Shown: positions 12,870 through 24,260 of the stretch, piece by piece
How positions within the stretch are numbered: position 1 is the stretch's first letter
Layout: every line of letters begins with the position of its first letter
Origin: Anthoceros angustus
Lineage: Eukaryota > Plantae > Anthocerotophyta
Assembly (NCBI GenBank): GCA_010909165.1
Contig: VJWM01000297.1
Coordinates: 51,982 to 115,981, forward strand
Direction: 5' to 3'
Length of the DNA stretch: 64,000 bases
Notes under the pieces: generated by a model
What the model was told of the DNA's origin: nothing
Databases searched by the model: none
What the model saw: the letters and a program-made list of their open reading frames with translations, nothing else
Translations under genes and position numbers: made by a program

Positions 12870-13800
12870 CCCACTCCGGCAACCGTGGCGCGACTTTCGG
12901 CCGGGCGCACAATCCCGTGTCGTTGTGTCCGAGAATGATAGGCTCCGTTTGGCACGTTTTCAACCGATTCTCACCCCAACGTCGCGACCGTTCGGACCCG
13001 AGCGCGTGCATGCACGGTTCTACGACTAACTACTCTTAACGTTCACCGAACAGGCCCGGCGTGGCCAAATGTTTAAGGACTCGTTTGCGTCCGTACCCTA
13101 TCAGTCCGTTCCTCGTCCGTCTATTCCGTTCTTCTCACCACTCTCAATACACTCATCGTTCTTGGAAAAAGAGTGGGTGGGCTGCGTGGTTTGGACCTCC
13201 TCCGTCGTTCCGCCGGGCCTCTCCGTCTGGGCTCTTCACGCCCTCCCGGAGTTCCCCGGCTCACGCGTTCCAGTCCGTCCGACGTCGGGCCGCTGCTCTG
13301 GACGAGCAAGGGTCCCCAATCGTCCACTCCTGCACACACCACCACACGTTAGGGTCCATCACCAGGACCTTGATCAGTCTCTCCGGAGCCGTCGTGCATG
13401 CTGAGTGACTCAGGACTCACGTTAGCAAAAGGCGCACAAGGGTCTACAAGGAAACGCGGTATCCACCCCAAGATAAAGATACTTTACTAGAGCAACTCTG
13501 GCCCTCTTATACTGCACCCAAGGTCGGCGCCTTTATTACACTCCTATTTTGAGCTGGTGGCCAGCTCAGTGGGCCCTAGCTCGCCGCCTACTATTTCCCT
13601 CTATCCCGCCTATCTACGCCGTCGGCGGTGGGGCTGGGGTTGCTCCTGGTTCCGCCTCGGCGCTGGCGGCCCAAGCCCTAGCCTTGACAACTGCAGCACA
13701 CCCAATCGGATAATCCGCGACGCGAGGCCCTTCCCCGCCGAACTGTCAGTGAGCCACCGTGGCGGCTCGACACCCCACCACCAAGTCCTCCTCCCTCCTC
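12870..13800 (-). repeat. LTR-like repeat family A copy (a shorter fragment lies at ~11870-12180)
   Basis: Shares GTGGCG..ACTTTCG start, GTTTAAGGAC, CACACG..TTAGGGTCC, GTTAGCAA, CTCTTATACT, CTTTATTACAC and ACCACCAAGTC with 22840-23830 and 60340-61240; inner boundary uncertain. Confidence 0.6.
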
Positions 13801-13874
13801 TCTCGGGTGGGCCCTTGTTATGGGCCCTCCAAGAGATGGTCTCGAGCGGTGGTTGGTGATTTCCTTTTGCCTCC

Positions 13875-14190
13875 TAAGTCTGGACCTCAAGGTCCAGTCT
13901 CGACTCTGGAGTCCGGACCTCCGGGTCCGGCCTTCTTTCTGGAGTCCGGTCCTCGGGGTCCGGTCTCGACTCTGGGGTTCGGACCTGGGGTCCTTCTTCT
14001 GAGTCCGGACCTGGGTCCGGTCTCGACTCTGGGGTTCGGACCTCGGGGTCCGGCCTTCTTTCTGGAGTCCGGACCTCGGGGTCCGGTCTCGACTCTGGGG
14101 TCCGGACCTCGGGGTCCGGCCTTCTTCTGGAGTCCGGACCTCGGGGTCCGGTCTTTCTTCGGGAGTCCGGACCTCAGGGTCCGGACTCGC
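13875..14190 (-). repeat. ~33-bp hairpin tandem array with alternating spacers (encodes PDPEVRT-type repeats on minus strand)
   Basis: Core GAGTCCGGACCTCGGGGTCCGG repeated ~10 times with spacers TCTCGACTCTG / CCTTCTTTCTG. Confidence 0.9.
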
Positions 14191-14339
14191 GAGTCCTTGG
14201 ACTCCCCCGCCCCGTGGACTCCCCAAAGGTTCATCCTCACCCACCGGGCCCTCACGCTGTTCCAAGGTTCCGGGGCCTATTCCTTCTATGGCCCCCCCCA
14301 GGGCCTTCCTCTCTTCCCTCCATGGCGGGTGCAGTGCTT

Positions 14340-16770
14340 ACCTGCAGATCCATCAAGCACCCAAGCCGTGAGGGAGAAATGGAGGCGAACTCGGGAGATG
14401 GGGATCTCCTGCACACCAGCAGGAAGTAGAGGAGCGGCGACAAGAGTCGGAGGAGAAGGACACCTGACAGAACTCCAAGACGCTGGAGCAACACGGGATT
14501 CTCAAAGAGAGAATCAAGGACTTGAGCGAGATCGAGCGCCTCTGCTTCTTTGCGGGCGGAGGGGAGCTGACCCAGGCCAAGGAGTTGGCCACGAATTGGA
14601 GAGAGGGCGTGAGCCGGGCGAGGTGACTGAGCCTGGAGAGAGTCATGAGCTCCAGGGCCGGATGGATGGGGGCAAGGGCTATGGACGCGGAGAAGAAGAA
14701 GTCACGCAGAGGGCGGAAGGAGAGCATTGCTGGCCGTTGCGTCAAGCACAACGAGGGAAGATGGAGAAGTGAGGCGGAGGCTGCAGGAGGTAATGGAGGC
14801 TTCCTTGACGGCCTCACGGATTCACCCGATAGCTAACTGGCGGCATTAAACGCCCAACACGCTAACTCACGGAGCACCTTTGGCGAAGGGAGTACCAGGT
14901 GCTCCGGGCCCATGTGGAAGAGGAGATTCAACAAGTCGATTCAGACTGTGCCTACTACCACGCAGAGCTTCTCAAGGCCCTCGAGGTCCTATGCCACCCC
15001 AGGATGGGCGGACCCCGGTAGGGTCGAAGAAGCGAGGAAGGCCCCAAGATGGCAACCGGGACCTTAGGTCTGCTCACCTACGACGCAGCAGTGGAGAAGG
15101 GGAGCAAGACGAGGAACCGGATACAAGGAATGTCGCCGGGAGGTAAGCACTCACCCCACCACGGAGGAAGGGAGGAAGGTCTTGGGGAGGCTACGGAGGA
15201 GGCGGCTGGGAACCCGGCCTGAGAGGCTCGAGGGTGAACCACCGAGAAGTCCAGGCGAGCCCGGTGCTGTGAGTCCGGACTTTGTCCGGACTCAAGAAAG
15301 GCCGGACCCGAGGTCCGGCCTCAAGAAAGTCCTGGACCAGGTCCGGACTCAGTGAACAGACCGGATCCAGAGGTCCTGACTCAGAAGAAGACCGGACCTG
15401 GGTCCGGTCCTGGGGTCGGGACCTCGGTCCGCCTTCTTCTGAGTCCCGGGACCTCGGTCCGGTCTTTTCTCGGGGTCTGGACCTCGGTCCTGACTCATGA
15501 GCTCCTGTGGACTCCCCAAAGGTTCATCCTCACCCACCGGGCCCTCACGCTGTTCCAAGGTTCCGGGGCCTATTCCTTCTATGGCCCCCCCCAGGGCCTT
15601 CCTCTCTTCCCTCCATGGCGGGGTGCGAAGTGCTTACCTCAGGTGCAGTGGCATCCATCAAGCACGGGTAAGCCGTGAGGGAGAAATGGAGGCCAGAACT
15701 CGGGAGATAGGGGATCTCCGGGTACAGCTGCAGGAAGTAGAGGAGCGGCGACAAGAGCTGGAGGACAGCAAGGACACCCTGGAGCTGCAACTCCAAGACG
15801 CGTCGGAGCAACACGGGATTCTCAAAGAGAGAATCAAGGACTTCGAGCGAGATCGAGCGCCTGATCTTCTTTGCGGGCGGAGGGGAGCTCGGGCCAAGGA
15901 GTTGGCCGTCGTCGAATTGGAGAGGCGGGAAGCGAGTGGGCGAGGTGTGAGGCACAGGAGAGGGTGGCGGAGCTCCAGGGCCGGATGGATGGGGGGGCAA
16001 GGGCTATGGGCGGAGAAGAAGAAGCTGCTGCAGAGGGCGGAAGGAGAGCATTGCGCTATATGGGCGGCGATGCAACGAGGGAAGATGGAGAGGCGGCGGA
16101 GGCTGCGAGGTAATGGAGGCTTCCTTGACGGCCTCACGGATTCACCCGATTGGCGAACTGGCGGCATTGCTCACATGGCCCCAGCACCTTTGGCGAAGTA
16201 CCAGTGCTCCGGCCCATGTGGAAGAGGAGATTCAACAAGTCGATTCGGTGTGCCTACTACCACGAGCTTCTCAAGGCCCTCGAGGTCCTATGCCACCCCA
16301 GGATGGGCGGACCCCGGTAGGGTCGGAAGAAGCGAGGAAGGCCCGGGAGGCACATGGCGGGACCTTAGGTCTGTTGTTACGGCCCAGTGGAGAAGGGGAG
16401 CAAGACGAGGAACTGGATACAAGGAATGTCAGCCGGAGGTAAGCACTCACCCCACCACGGAGGAAGGGAGGAAGGTCTTGGGGAGGCTACGGAGGGAGGC
16501 GGCTGGGGGCGGGCCTGAGAGGCTCGAGGGTGAACCACCGAGAAGTCCAGAGCGAGCCCAGTGCTCGTGAGTCCGGACTTTGTCCGGACTCAGAAAGGCG
16601 GACCCGAGGTCCGGCCTCAAGAAAGTCCTGGACTCCAGGTCCGGACTCAGTGACAGGCCGGATCCAGAGGTCCTGACTCAGAAGAAGACCGGACCCAGAG
16701 GTCCGGACCCCGGAGAGAAGACCGGACCTGGAAGTCCGAACTCCAGAGTCGAGACTAGACGTTGAGGTCC
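14340..16770 (+). mobile_element. Two tandem, mainly plus-strand copies of the family A coiled-coil ORF ending in hairpin arrays (15270-15495, 16568-16770)
   Basis: QLQEVEERRQELEDSKDTLELQLQD and HVEEEIQQVDS match minus-strand copies at 24.6 kb and 54-56.5 kb; 14200-15345 ~ 15505-16660. Confidence 0.7.
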
Positions 16771-16799
16771 AGACTCGGGGAGCAGAGGAGAGCCACCAA

Positions 16800-17848
16800 T
16801 CACCTACCCTGACGGAATCATCTCTTAGAGGGCCCGCTGGACGAGGGTCCACCAGCGACATTTTGGAAGTCTCTCAGCCATGTTGAGGAAAGCATTGTCC
16901 ATCCAGGCTATTGCACTTAATGCATGGTGAGACTGCTGTTTTGGATTCGGCCTCATAGCATCCCACGGTGCATTCAGTATGACTCTACTCTTCAACTCTT
17001 CATACCTGCTGTGGCCGAGGCAATACACTCTTTCTGAAGGCGCGCAAGCGGCATCTGAAAGGATCCGGCCCCAGAAGATGAGTAACAACTTTCACGTTAC
17101 CCAGATCCTGTCGCACAACCTGTATCAGGGATTCCAAAAATGTTTCCTACTCCTGCCTCCCCATCCGTAAATAGCGATATCGTTGTTCACGAAACCTTTC
17201 TTTTGTTAATCTGTGGAGACACATCTGATTGCAACATGCCTTTCCGAAATCAATGTTGATGCTTTCGGCTGATATTTTCTAGGATGCAGAACTTCTGCAT
17301 TTTAGAAATTCTTTATAAAACTATATGCAAATATGCCTATTAGGCGATTGTTCTAGTGCATTTTCATGGAATTTTCTAAATTGACAATTTCAATGAAGAT
17401 GCATTAGAAAATCCGACATCGCAAAAATTTGTATATATGTTTCCTAAAAGAAAACATCACAAACTATTTTCTTGAAAATCTTCTTGTTTCTTTCTTTGAC
17501 TTCATTTTCAAAAAAAAAGAAAACAGAAGACAAATTCATGCACATCTTCTAGTGCAGAATTTTTATGTGCATCTATTTAGATGCTTTCTACATAGTATCT
17601 TGCTCTGATACCATGATAATTTATATGGATTATGTAGAATAATTACAACATTAAGTAATTACATATTGATTGAGAATCAAGAAAAGAGTCTAAAAGTGCT
17701 TATACGAAAAGGCAACTTAAACTTAATCTAAACGATGTGTCTATTCACGAAAAGTCGTAACCCTAACGAAAGGATATCTACCTAACTCAATATCAACTAG
17801 GGATTATTTATTGTAACTATCCCTAAACCTATAGTCATGATATCAACA
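16800..17848 (-). mobile_element. Ty1/copia 5' end: LTR (17614-17848), tRNA-Met PBS (17602-17613), AT-rich leader, decayed gag
   Basis: LTR reads TGTTGA...ATCA on minus strand directly followed by TGGTATCAGAGC; downstream decayed frame with YEELKSRVIL and a CIKC knuckle remnant. Confidence 0.8.
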
Positions 17849-17849
17849 T

Positions 17850-20650
17850 AATATCAATAGGTGGCTGACGCTCTGCCCTTCTTTGGCTTGCCCGTCTCTC
17901 TCTTGACCCTAGCCCTAGCCTCATCTCTCTCCCGCTTATACCTCTCCGCTAGTTTCTTGAACTTCTCCAGGCGCTGCCTCCACTGCTCTGGACTCAAACT
18001 TCATTCTGAGCTCCTCAATCGTAGCATGCGCCTTTACTTGGTTCACTGTGGCCTCCTATTGGGTGGACATAACCCACAGCTCCTCACATGTCTTGCTTAG
18101 TGACTCCTCACACTCCGCCTCCCCATCCGTAAATAGCGATATCGTTGTTCACGAAACCTTTCTTTTGTTAATCTGTGGAGACACATCTGATTGCAACATG
18201 CCTTTCCGAAATCAATGTTGATGCTTTCGGCTGATATTTTCTAGGATGCAGAACTTCTGCATTTTAGAAATTCTTTATAAAACTATATGCAAATATGCCT
18301 ATTAGGCAGTTGTTCTAGTGCATTTTCATGGAATTTTCTAAATTGACAATTTCAATGAAGATGCATTAGAAAATCTGTCTGATACTGCAAAAATTTGTAT
18401 ATGTTTTTCCTAAAAGAAAACATCACAAACTATTTTCTTGAAAATCTTCTTGTTTCTTTCTTTGACTTCATTTTCAAAAAAAAAAGAAAACAACAGAAGA
18501 CAAATTCATGCACATCTTCTAGTGCAGAATTTTTATGTGCATCTATTTAGATGCTTTCTACATAGTATCTTGCTCTGATACCATGATAATTTATATGGAT
18601 TATGTAGAATAATTACAACATTAAGTAATTACATATTGATTGAGAATCAAGAAAAGAGTCTAAAAGTGCTTATACGAAAAGGCAACTTAAACTTAATCTA
18701 AACGATGTGTCTATTCACGAAAAGTCGTAACCCTAACGAAAGGATATCTACCTATTAACATCAACTAGGATTATTTATTGTAACTATCCTAAACCTATAG
18801 TCATGATATCAACATAATATCAATAGGTGACGCCCGCCTTCTTTGGCTTGCCCGTCTCTCTCTTGACCCTAGCCCTAGCCTCATCTCTCTCCCGCTTATA
18901 CCTCTCCGCTAGTTTCTTGAACTTCTCAGAGGCGTGCCTCCACTGCTCTGGACTCAAACTTCATTCTGGAGCTCCTCAATCGTAGCATGCGCCCCTTTTA
19001 CTTGGTTCACCAGGGCCTCCTATTGGGTGGACATAACCCACAGCTCCTCACATGTCTTGCTTAGTGACTCCTCACCCCCGCACGTCCCTCACTGCCTTTT
19101 CTCGCTCTCCACTCCTCCAACTTTCCTTGAGCAGCTTCTTGCCGCCCGCACACTAAGCCGTGAGAGCCATAGTCACAGTCGAGAAGGTCCGTCTAGGTCC
19201 GGGTCATTCTTGAGTCGACCTGCAGATCACCAAATTGGGCTGTTCCAGTGCTCATTCTCTTCCACAACAATTGTGTCACTTGCCTCCACTCCTCCAACTT
19301 TCCTTGAGCAGCTTCTCTTGCTGCCCCGCACACTAAGCCAGGTGAGAGCCATAGCTGCCTGGTCGAGAAGGTCCGTCTAGGTCTGGGTCATTGCTGAAGT
19401 CAGACCCTGCAGATCACCAAATTGGGCTGTTCCAGTGCTCATTCTCTTCCACAACAATTGTGTCACTTGCCTCCACTCCAGCTGGACAGGCCAAAGGGGT
19501 ATCCCCAAAAATGTCCTTGAACTCCGGTGAAAACCCTGCTGCCGGAGTTAACCCTTCCTCCCCTAGGAGTTGGTCTGCAACTGCCTCCTCATTCATAAAG
19601 AACTCCCCTAACAGTTGCGACTCGTCCTCTACCCCAGCAGAGGGGATAACCTGCCGTTTTTCTTTTGCTTTCCCCTCCTTCTCCCGTGGTTCTGCTGCCG
19701 TCTTCGACCTGGTGATCCAGGGTGTGGTTGTGGGCTCCTCCTCCACTGCGGTCGTCTTCCCCTTTTTGGTCAACTCCCATCCAGTCGCCACTGCCTTCCT
19801 TTTCCTGCTCCTTGTAACCTCTCCACCTTCATCTGAATCTTCTGGTGCCGCGAATTCCCAACTGCTGGAGTCCTGTCCCGAATCTTCCTTGGACTCTTCT
19901 TCTTCTACCTTGAGCTCCCTGTCCGGCTTCCAGCTATGGAGGGCAGACACAATCTCCAACTCAGTTAGGCACTTGGAATACGCAAACACATGAATCAAGA
20001 AGGGCGAGATCAGAGAGGGACGAGGAGAGGAGGAGAGCAAATTTGCCCTCTCTTTACACGCCCTCTCAAAAATTATTCTGCCCCAGTCAATCTGCGTGCC
20101 CTTAACTACTTCATGGAGGAAGACCAGGAAGTGGTCCACCATGTGATCCAACTTTTCTGTTCTGCAGGAAACACAAAATCCACTTGGCCAGCCCCACGAG
20201 TTGCACAGACGCGAGTTGGCGGGTCACCCATCCATTGTTAACCCGCACCTCCCCAGGCTTCATGATTGCTTCTGCTGCAGCCTTTAAGGTCTTCTTCCTC
20301 TGGGTGTCAATCACCAGACATCTTCCGACTCCTCGCGCCCATACACTGCCCGGAAGAGTTCCAGGTCCCAATTTTGTGGCCTCTCCCTCATGTCACCCTC
20401 CTGTGACTTGGCCTTCAATTGGCGGGCACACTCCTGCACCAATGCCGGACTGACATAACACCATTTCTTCTCCATGAAGCTCAATCCCAACTCCTGCATA
20501 AGGCCATCAGCTCTAACCTTCCAGTGGTCCATGTTGGGCCACTGCGTAGTGGGAATCTCTGCCGCAGCCCGAGGCGCCATCTCTTCCTTCCCGCTCCTGA
20601 CCGGTTCAAACTCCTACAGGCTCTACCTCCAACCCACAATCCAGGAGGAA
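17850..20650 (-). pseudogene. ORF-A: plant-transposon accessory protein (Athila/Tat extra-ORF-like domain + acidic linker + coiled coil), frameshifted and partly duplicated
   Basis: ADGLMQELGLSFMEKKWCYVSPALVQEC...IDWGRIIFE...SLISPFLIHVF pattern typical of TE accessory ORFs; C-terminal LEKFKKLAERYKRERDEARARVKRE. Confidence 0.55.
18117..18814 (-). mobile_element. Second near-identical copy of the copia leader, PBS (18572-18583) and LTR (18584-18814)
   Basis: 17155-18116 and 18117-19075 are near-identical direct repeats differing by small indels. Confidence 0.8.
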
Positions 20651-21129
20651 ATTCTCCTTCGAGCTCCGCGATCACCCTGCTCCGCTCAGTCCCGGACTTC
20701 CTGCCTCAGAGCCTACCCCAGCCAGTTGCGCCTCGACGCGTGTTGGGGTTCTCTCCCTCCCCGCCGCTGTCGCCTTGACCGACCACGCACTCCACCAGTG
20801 CTCCTGCCGCAAATGTGCACTTGCGCCGTAAAAGGAAACCCTCGTTCCTGACGCGGCTACATGCGCGCGTCCTTCTCTCAACTCCGCTGAGGTCCTGCCC
20901 TGTCGCCGACTTCAGATCGCTTGCCCCTTGAAACCTCGCAGACCTCCAATACCCCGGTGTGGTCTTCTCCCAGTTGCGCTCCGACTTGCTCAGCTTACTG
21001 TCAGCCCTGGCTCCACCACTAGGGTTGTTAACTCCCCCTGGCCTGTATGACCCATACGTGGCCACCGTTGTGGAACTAGCTACCTCCCCACTCCCCTGTA
21101 CCACTGTTGTTGAATGAAGGGTACCCCTA

Positions 21130-21335
21130 CCATATATAGACACTTTTTATTTCTAAAAATCCCAAGGTCTGAGGACTCTCTGGCCTGTCCTACAGAGATT
21201 CGAGGTCCAAGGACTAATTATTTGTAAAAATATTATTGCCATGGGCCAAGGATCACTTTTAGTATAAAAGGCCTTGCCTCGGACGATTCCTAAGCGCTCC
21301 ATCACACAAAACATAAGAAAAACAAAAAAAAACGT
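21130..21335. promoter_or_regulatory. Putative bidirectional promoter between ORF-A (minus) and the transposase (plus)
   Basis: TATATA at ~21133; GTCCAAGGAC 21205-21214, GGCCAAGGA 21244-21252, TATAAAA 21263-21269, then A-rich leader; homologous segments at 53.5 kb and 62.6 kb. Confidence 0.55.
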
Positions 21336-21553
21336 TCAAACCGATAGTCAAGGGAAGGGTTAGTGTACATGTGGTCTTCCACATTCGGCTGAGTTGGTTG
21401 CATGTGGCTGTTAGATTTGTACCAATTACCAGGACGTGGCTTTTCCGCAGTATATAGCCTAGGGGGCTGACTCTTACATGTCGATAGGCACCTTCGGCAT
21501 AGCCGAAGACTAGGAAGGCACTCAGGACTTGTACTTTGTTTGTGTCGTGTGCA

Positions 21554-22839
21554 GAGAAGTATCAAGTAGCATTAGATGCCCACCGCGATCGATTGTTGGC
21601 GGAATAAGCAAAGATGACAAAACACCGCAGCAACAGTTACGTGGAGCCGCACAAGTATATTTTATTGGCCATAGATGGTATGGATCAGAAGAAGACGGAG
21701 ATCCCGCACATTCTGAGGTGGCCAAAGAATCTGGATGAGGAATGCCGCATTTCAGTACATGTTGTGGGGTGCATGATCCACAACTACACCCACAATGCTA
21801 GAGCCTTTTTACACTATGCCAACCTTCGGAATGATGCCAATTTGACTACTAGCGGAATTCAAGATGTCATCCACAACTATGATGGTGTCTTGCCCAAGGT
21901 TCTGTATTTGCAGCTGGACAACACAAGCCGGGAGAACAAGAATCAGCTGCTATTCGCGTATCTCAATATGTTAATGGACATGGGCACCTTTAAAAAAGTG
22001 AAAGTGGGCTTCCTTCTTGTGGGCCACACTCACGATCAAATTGATCAAATGTTTTCATGCTTCTCTAAAAGCTTGAAATACAAAGAGGCGCACACACTGC
22101 CGGCATTAGCAGACATTCTCAAAGCTTCGTACACACCATCGCCAGAGGTGAAAGTGTTGACGGAGGTCCCTGATTTCCGCACCTATGTTTGGCCAAAACG
22201 GAGAGGGCACAGGAGGCAAAAGTACGTTGCAGTAGTAAAAAAGTTGAATAATCTGTCGTTCCAGCACCAGTTCAAAAATACGCGAGAAGAAAAACCGGAC
22301 CGCGGCCTCGTCACAATCATCAGGAGCTAGCAATATTCAACATCACCGCTATGGGAAACTGAGGCTGGCTTGGAGTTTTTGAATTTCATGCCTACCGAGG
22401 CTATCACAGCTGCGTCATTATTGTCTTTGCGGGCTCGAGACAAAAAATGAACAGCAGGCAACCTCGCACCAACCGAAGGTGTGGCTCATCTGAAGAAAGG
22501 GTTACTAGGACTACGACCATATGTCACAGTTGAAGAATACCAGTGGTGGGAAGACTTTTGGGTGGACCAGAAAGAGATCGCTGTTATTATGGAGAACCAC
22601 ATCGGCCTCATTTTGCAGCGTCCTTGGAAGTGGTTTCCACGAGCAGAAGTAGAGCATATAGCCCGACCCCTTCAAGTACCTAATGAAGCTTTGCTAGAGG
22701 AAGCATTATTGAGGGACCTCCCACAACATGATATGTACGTGGGGGCATATCAAAACCTCGGGAGGAAACAGCGTCAAATGGCACGATTGAATGACGATAT
22801 AACAGAAATACGGAAGGGGATGTTTCTGGCAGTGCCTTG
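21554..22839 (+). pseudogene. RNase H-fold DDE/D transposase (Sola-like), one premature stop, frameshift near 22330, 3' end cut by an LTR-A insertion
   Basis: Motifs LAIDGMDQKKTEIP, LYLQLDNTSRENKN, GFLLVGHTHDQIDQMFS; superfamily assignment from memory of motif pattern. Confidence 0.75.
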
Positions 22840-23830
22840 TGTGGCGCTACTTTCGCTGACGGCCAGCCGGGCGCGCACCAATCCCGTGTCGTTGCAATAT
22901 GGGGTCCATTCCCAAGGGAATGACTTGTTCCGTTTATACACGCCTGTTACTCAACACGCTCTCCGTCGTTAGGAAAGATGACCTACCTGAGGCCGCCTAC
23001 AGCAACGCGTTCGTTTTCCGTCCTCTAACCGCTCTACTCGTTTACCGTACAGGCCCGGGATAGCCAAACGTTTAAGGACCCATTTACGTTCGAAACCTAC
23101 CGATCTTCTCTTACTCCCCCCCCTACTTCGTCTCGCCTACCGTTCTTACTTACATCCAATATGCCAGTTGAGGGTCACGGTCGGGTATGCGTGGGCGACG
23201 AACTTCCGTGTTCGTTCACCAAGTCCCTCCGTCCGGCTCTGCACGCCCTCTCGGAGTCCTGCTGCTCACGCCCGCTCCGGTCTGTCGGCCGTCGGACCTC
23301 TGTCCGGGAGGAGCATGGGTCCGAGGTCCTCCGCACCAGTACACACACGCCCACGCGTTAGGGTCCGTCACCAGGACCTGGATCAGTGTCTCCGGAGTGG
23401 TCTTGCCTGCTCAGTGACTCGGGACTCGCGTTAGCAAGGGACACACAAAGGCCTGCAAGGATAACGCGACATCAACCCCAAAAGAAAGATCCGTTTACTG
23501 GAGTGGCAGCCGCCCTCTTATACTACGTTATGAGGGAGCGCCTTTATTACACCCCTACTCTAAGTTAATGTCCAGCTCTCTATGTCTTAGCGCGTGGCCC
23601 TCTCTCTTCCCCATTTTCCCTACCTACGTCTACGGCGGTGGGGCTATGGTTGACCAGGATTCCTTCCTGGCACTGGCGGCCCAATCCCTAGCTCTGGTAT
23701 CTGCGGCGCACCCAATCGGATGATCCGCGACCTCGGTCAGCGAGGCTCTTTCCTACCTCGATTTTGTCAGGCACTCTGGGAGGGCGACAACCAGTGACCA
23801 CCAAGTCTTCCTCCTCGCTGTCCATTGGTG
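22840..23830 (-). repeat. LTR-like repeat family A copy inserted in the transposase
   Basis: Begins TGTGGCG at 22840 exactly where the transposase frame (..GMFLAVPC) loses homology-like character; shares motifs with the other A copies. Confidence 0.65.
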
Positions 23831-23954
23831 CGCTGGTGGGTCCCTGCCCTGCGGGTCCGTCTGGAGCCCGTTCTCCCTGGGTGGGTTGAGACTGACTCTC
23901 ATCCACCCCTACCCTCACTCCCCGAGTTAGAGCCACTGGACTCGCTCCCCCCTC

Positions 23955-24260
23955 CTGAGACCGGACCTCGGGGTCCGTCCTCATCTCCTGACCTCGGGAT
24001 CCGTCCTCACCTCCTGAGTCTGGACTTTGGGGTCCGTCCTCACCTCCTGAGTCCGGACCTCGGGGTCCGTCCTCACCTCCTGAGTCCGGACCTCGGGGTC
24101 CGTCCTCACCTCCTGAGTCCGGACCTCGGGGTCCGTCCTCACCTCCTGAGTCCGGACCTCGGGGTCCGTCCTCACCTCCTGAGTCCGGACCTCGGGGTCC
24201 GTCCTCACCTCCTGAGTCCGGACCTCGGGGTCCGTTCTCTCTGATCTCTGGACGTCCAAG
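23955..24260 (-). repeat. 33-bp tandem repeat, ~8 near-perfect copies (QEVRTDPEVRT)
   Basis: Unit CACCTCCTGAGTCCGGACCTCGGGGTCCGTCCT. Confidence 0.95.

Noticed and set aside
13875-14190. CRISPR-like repeat-spacer appearance (also 23955-24260, 53780-54000)
   Set aside because: Spacers are ~11 nt and themselves repeated, arrays are in frame within TE ORFs, no cas genes, eukaryotic context.
17755-17830. CCCTAA/CCCTAAA telomere-like motifs
   Set aside because: Isolated copies inside a copia LTR, not an array.
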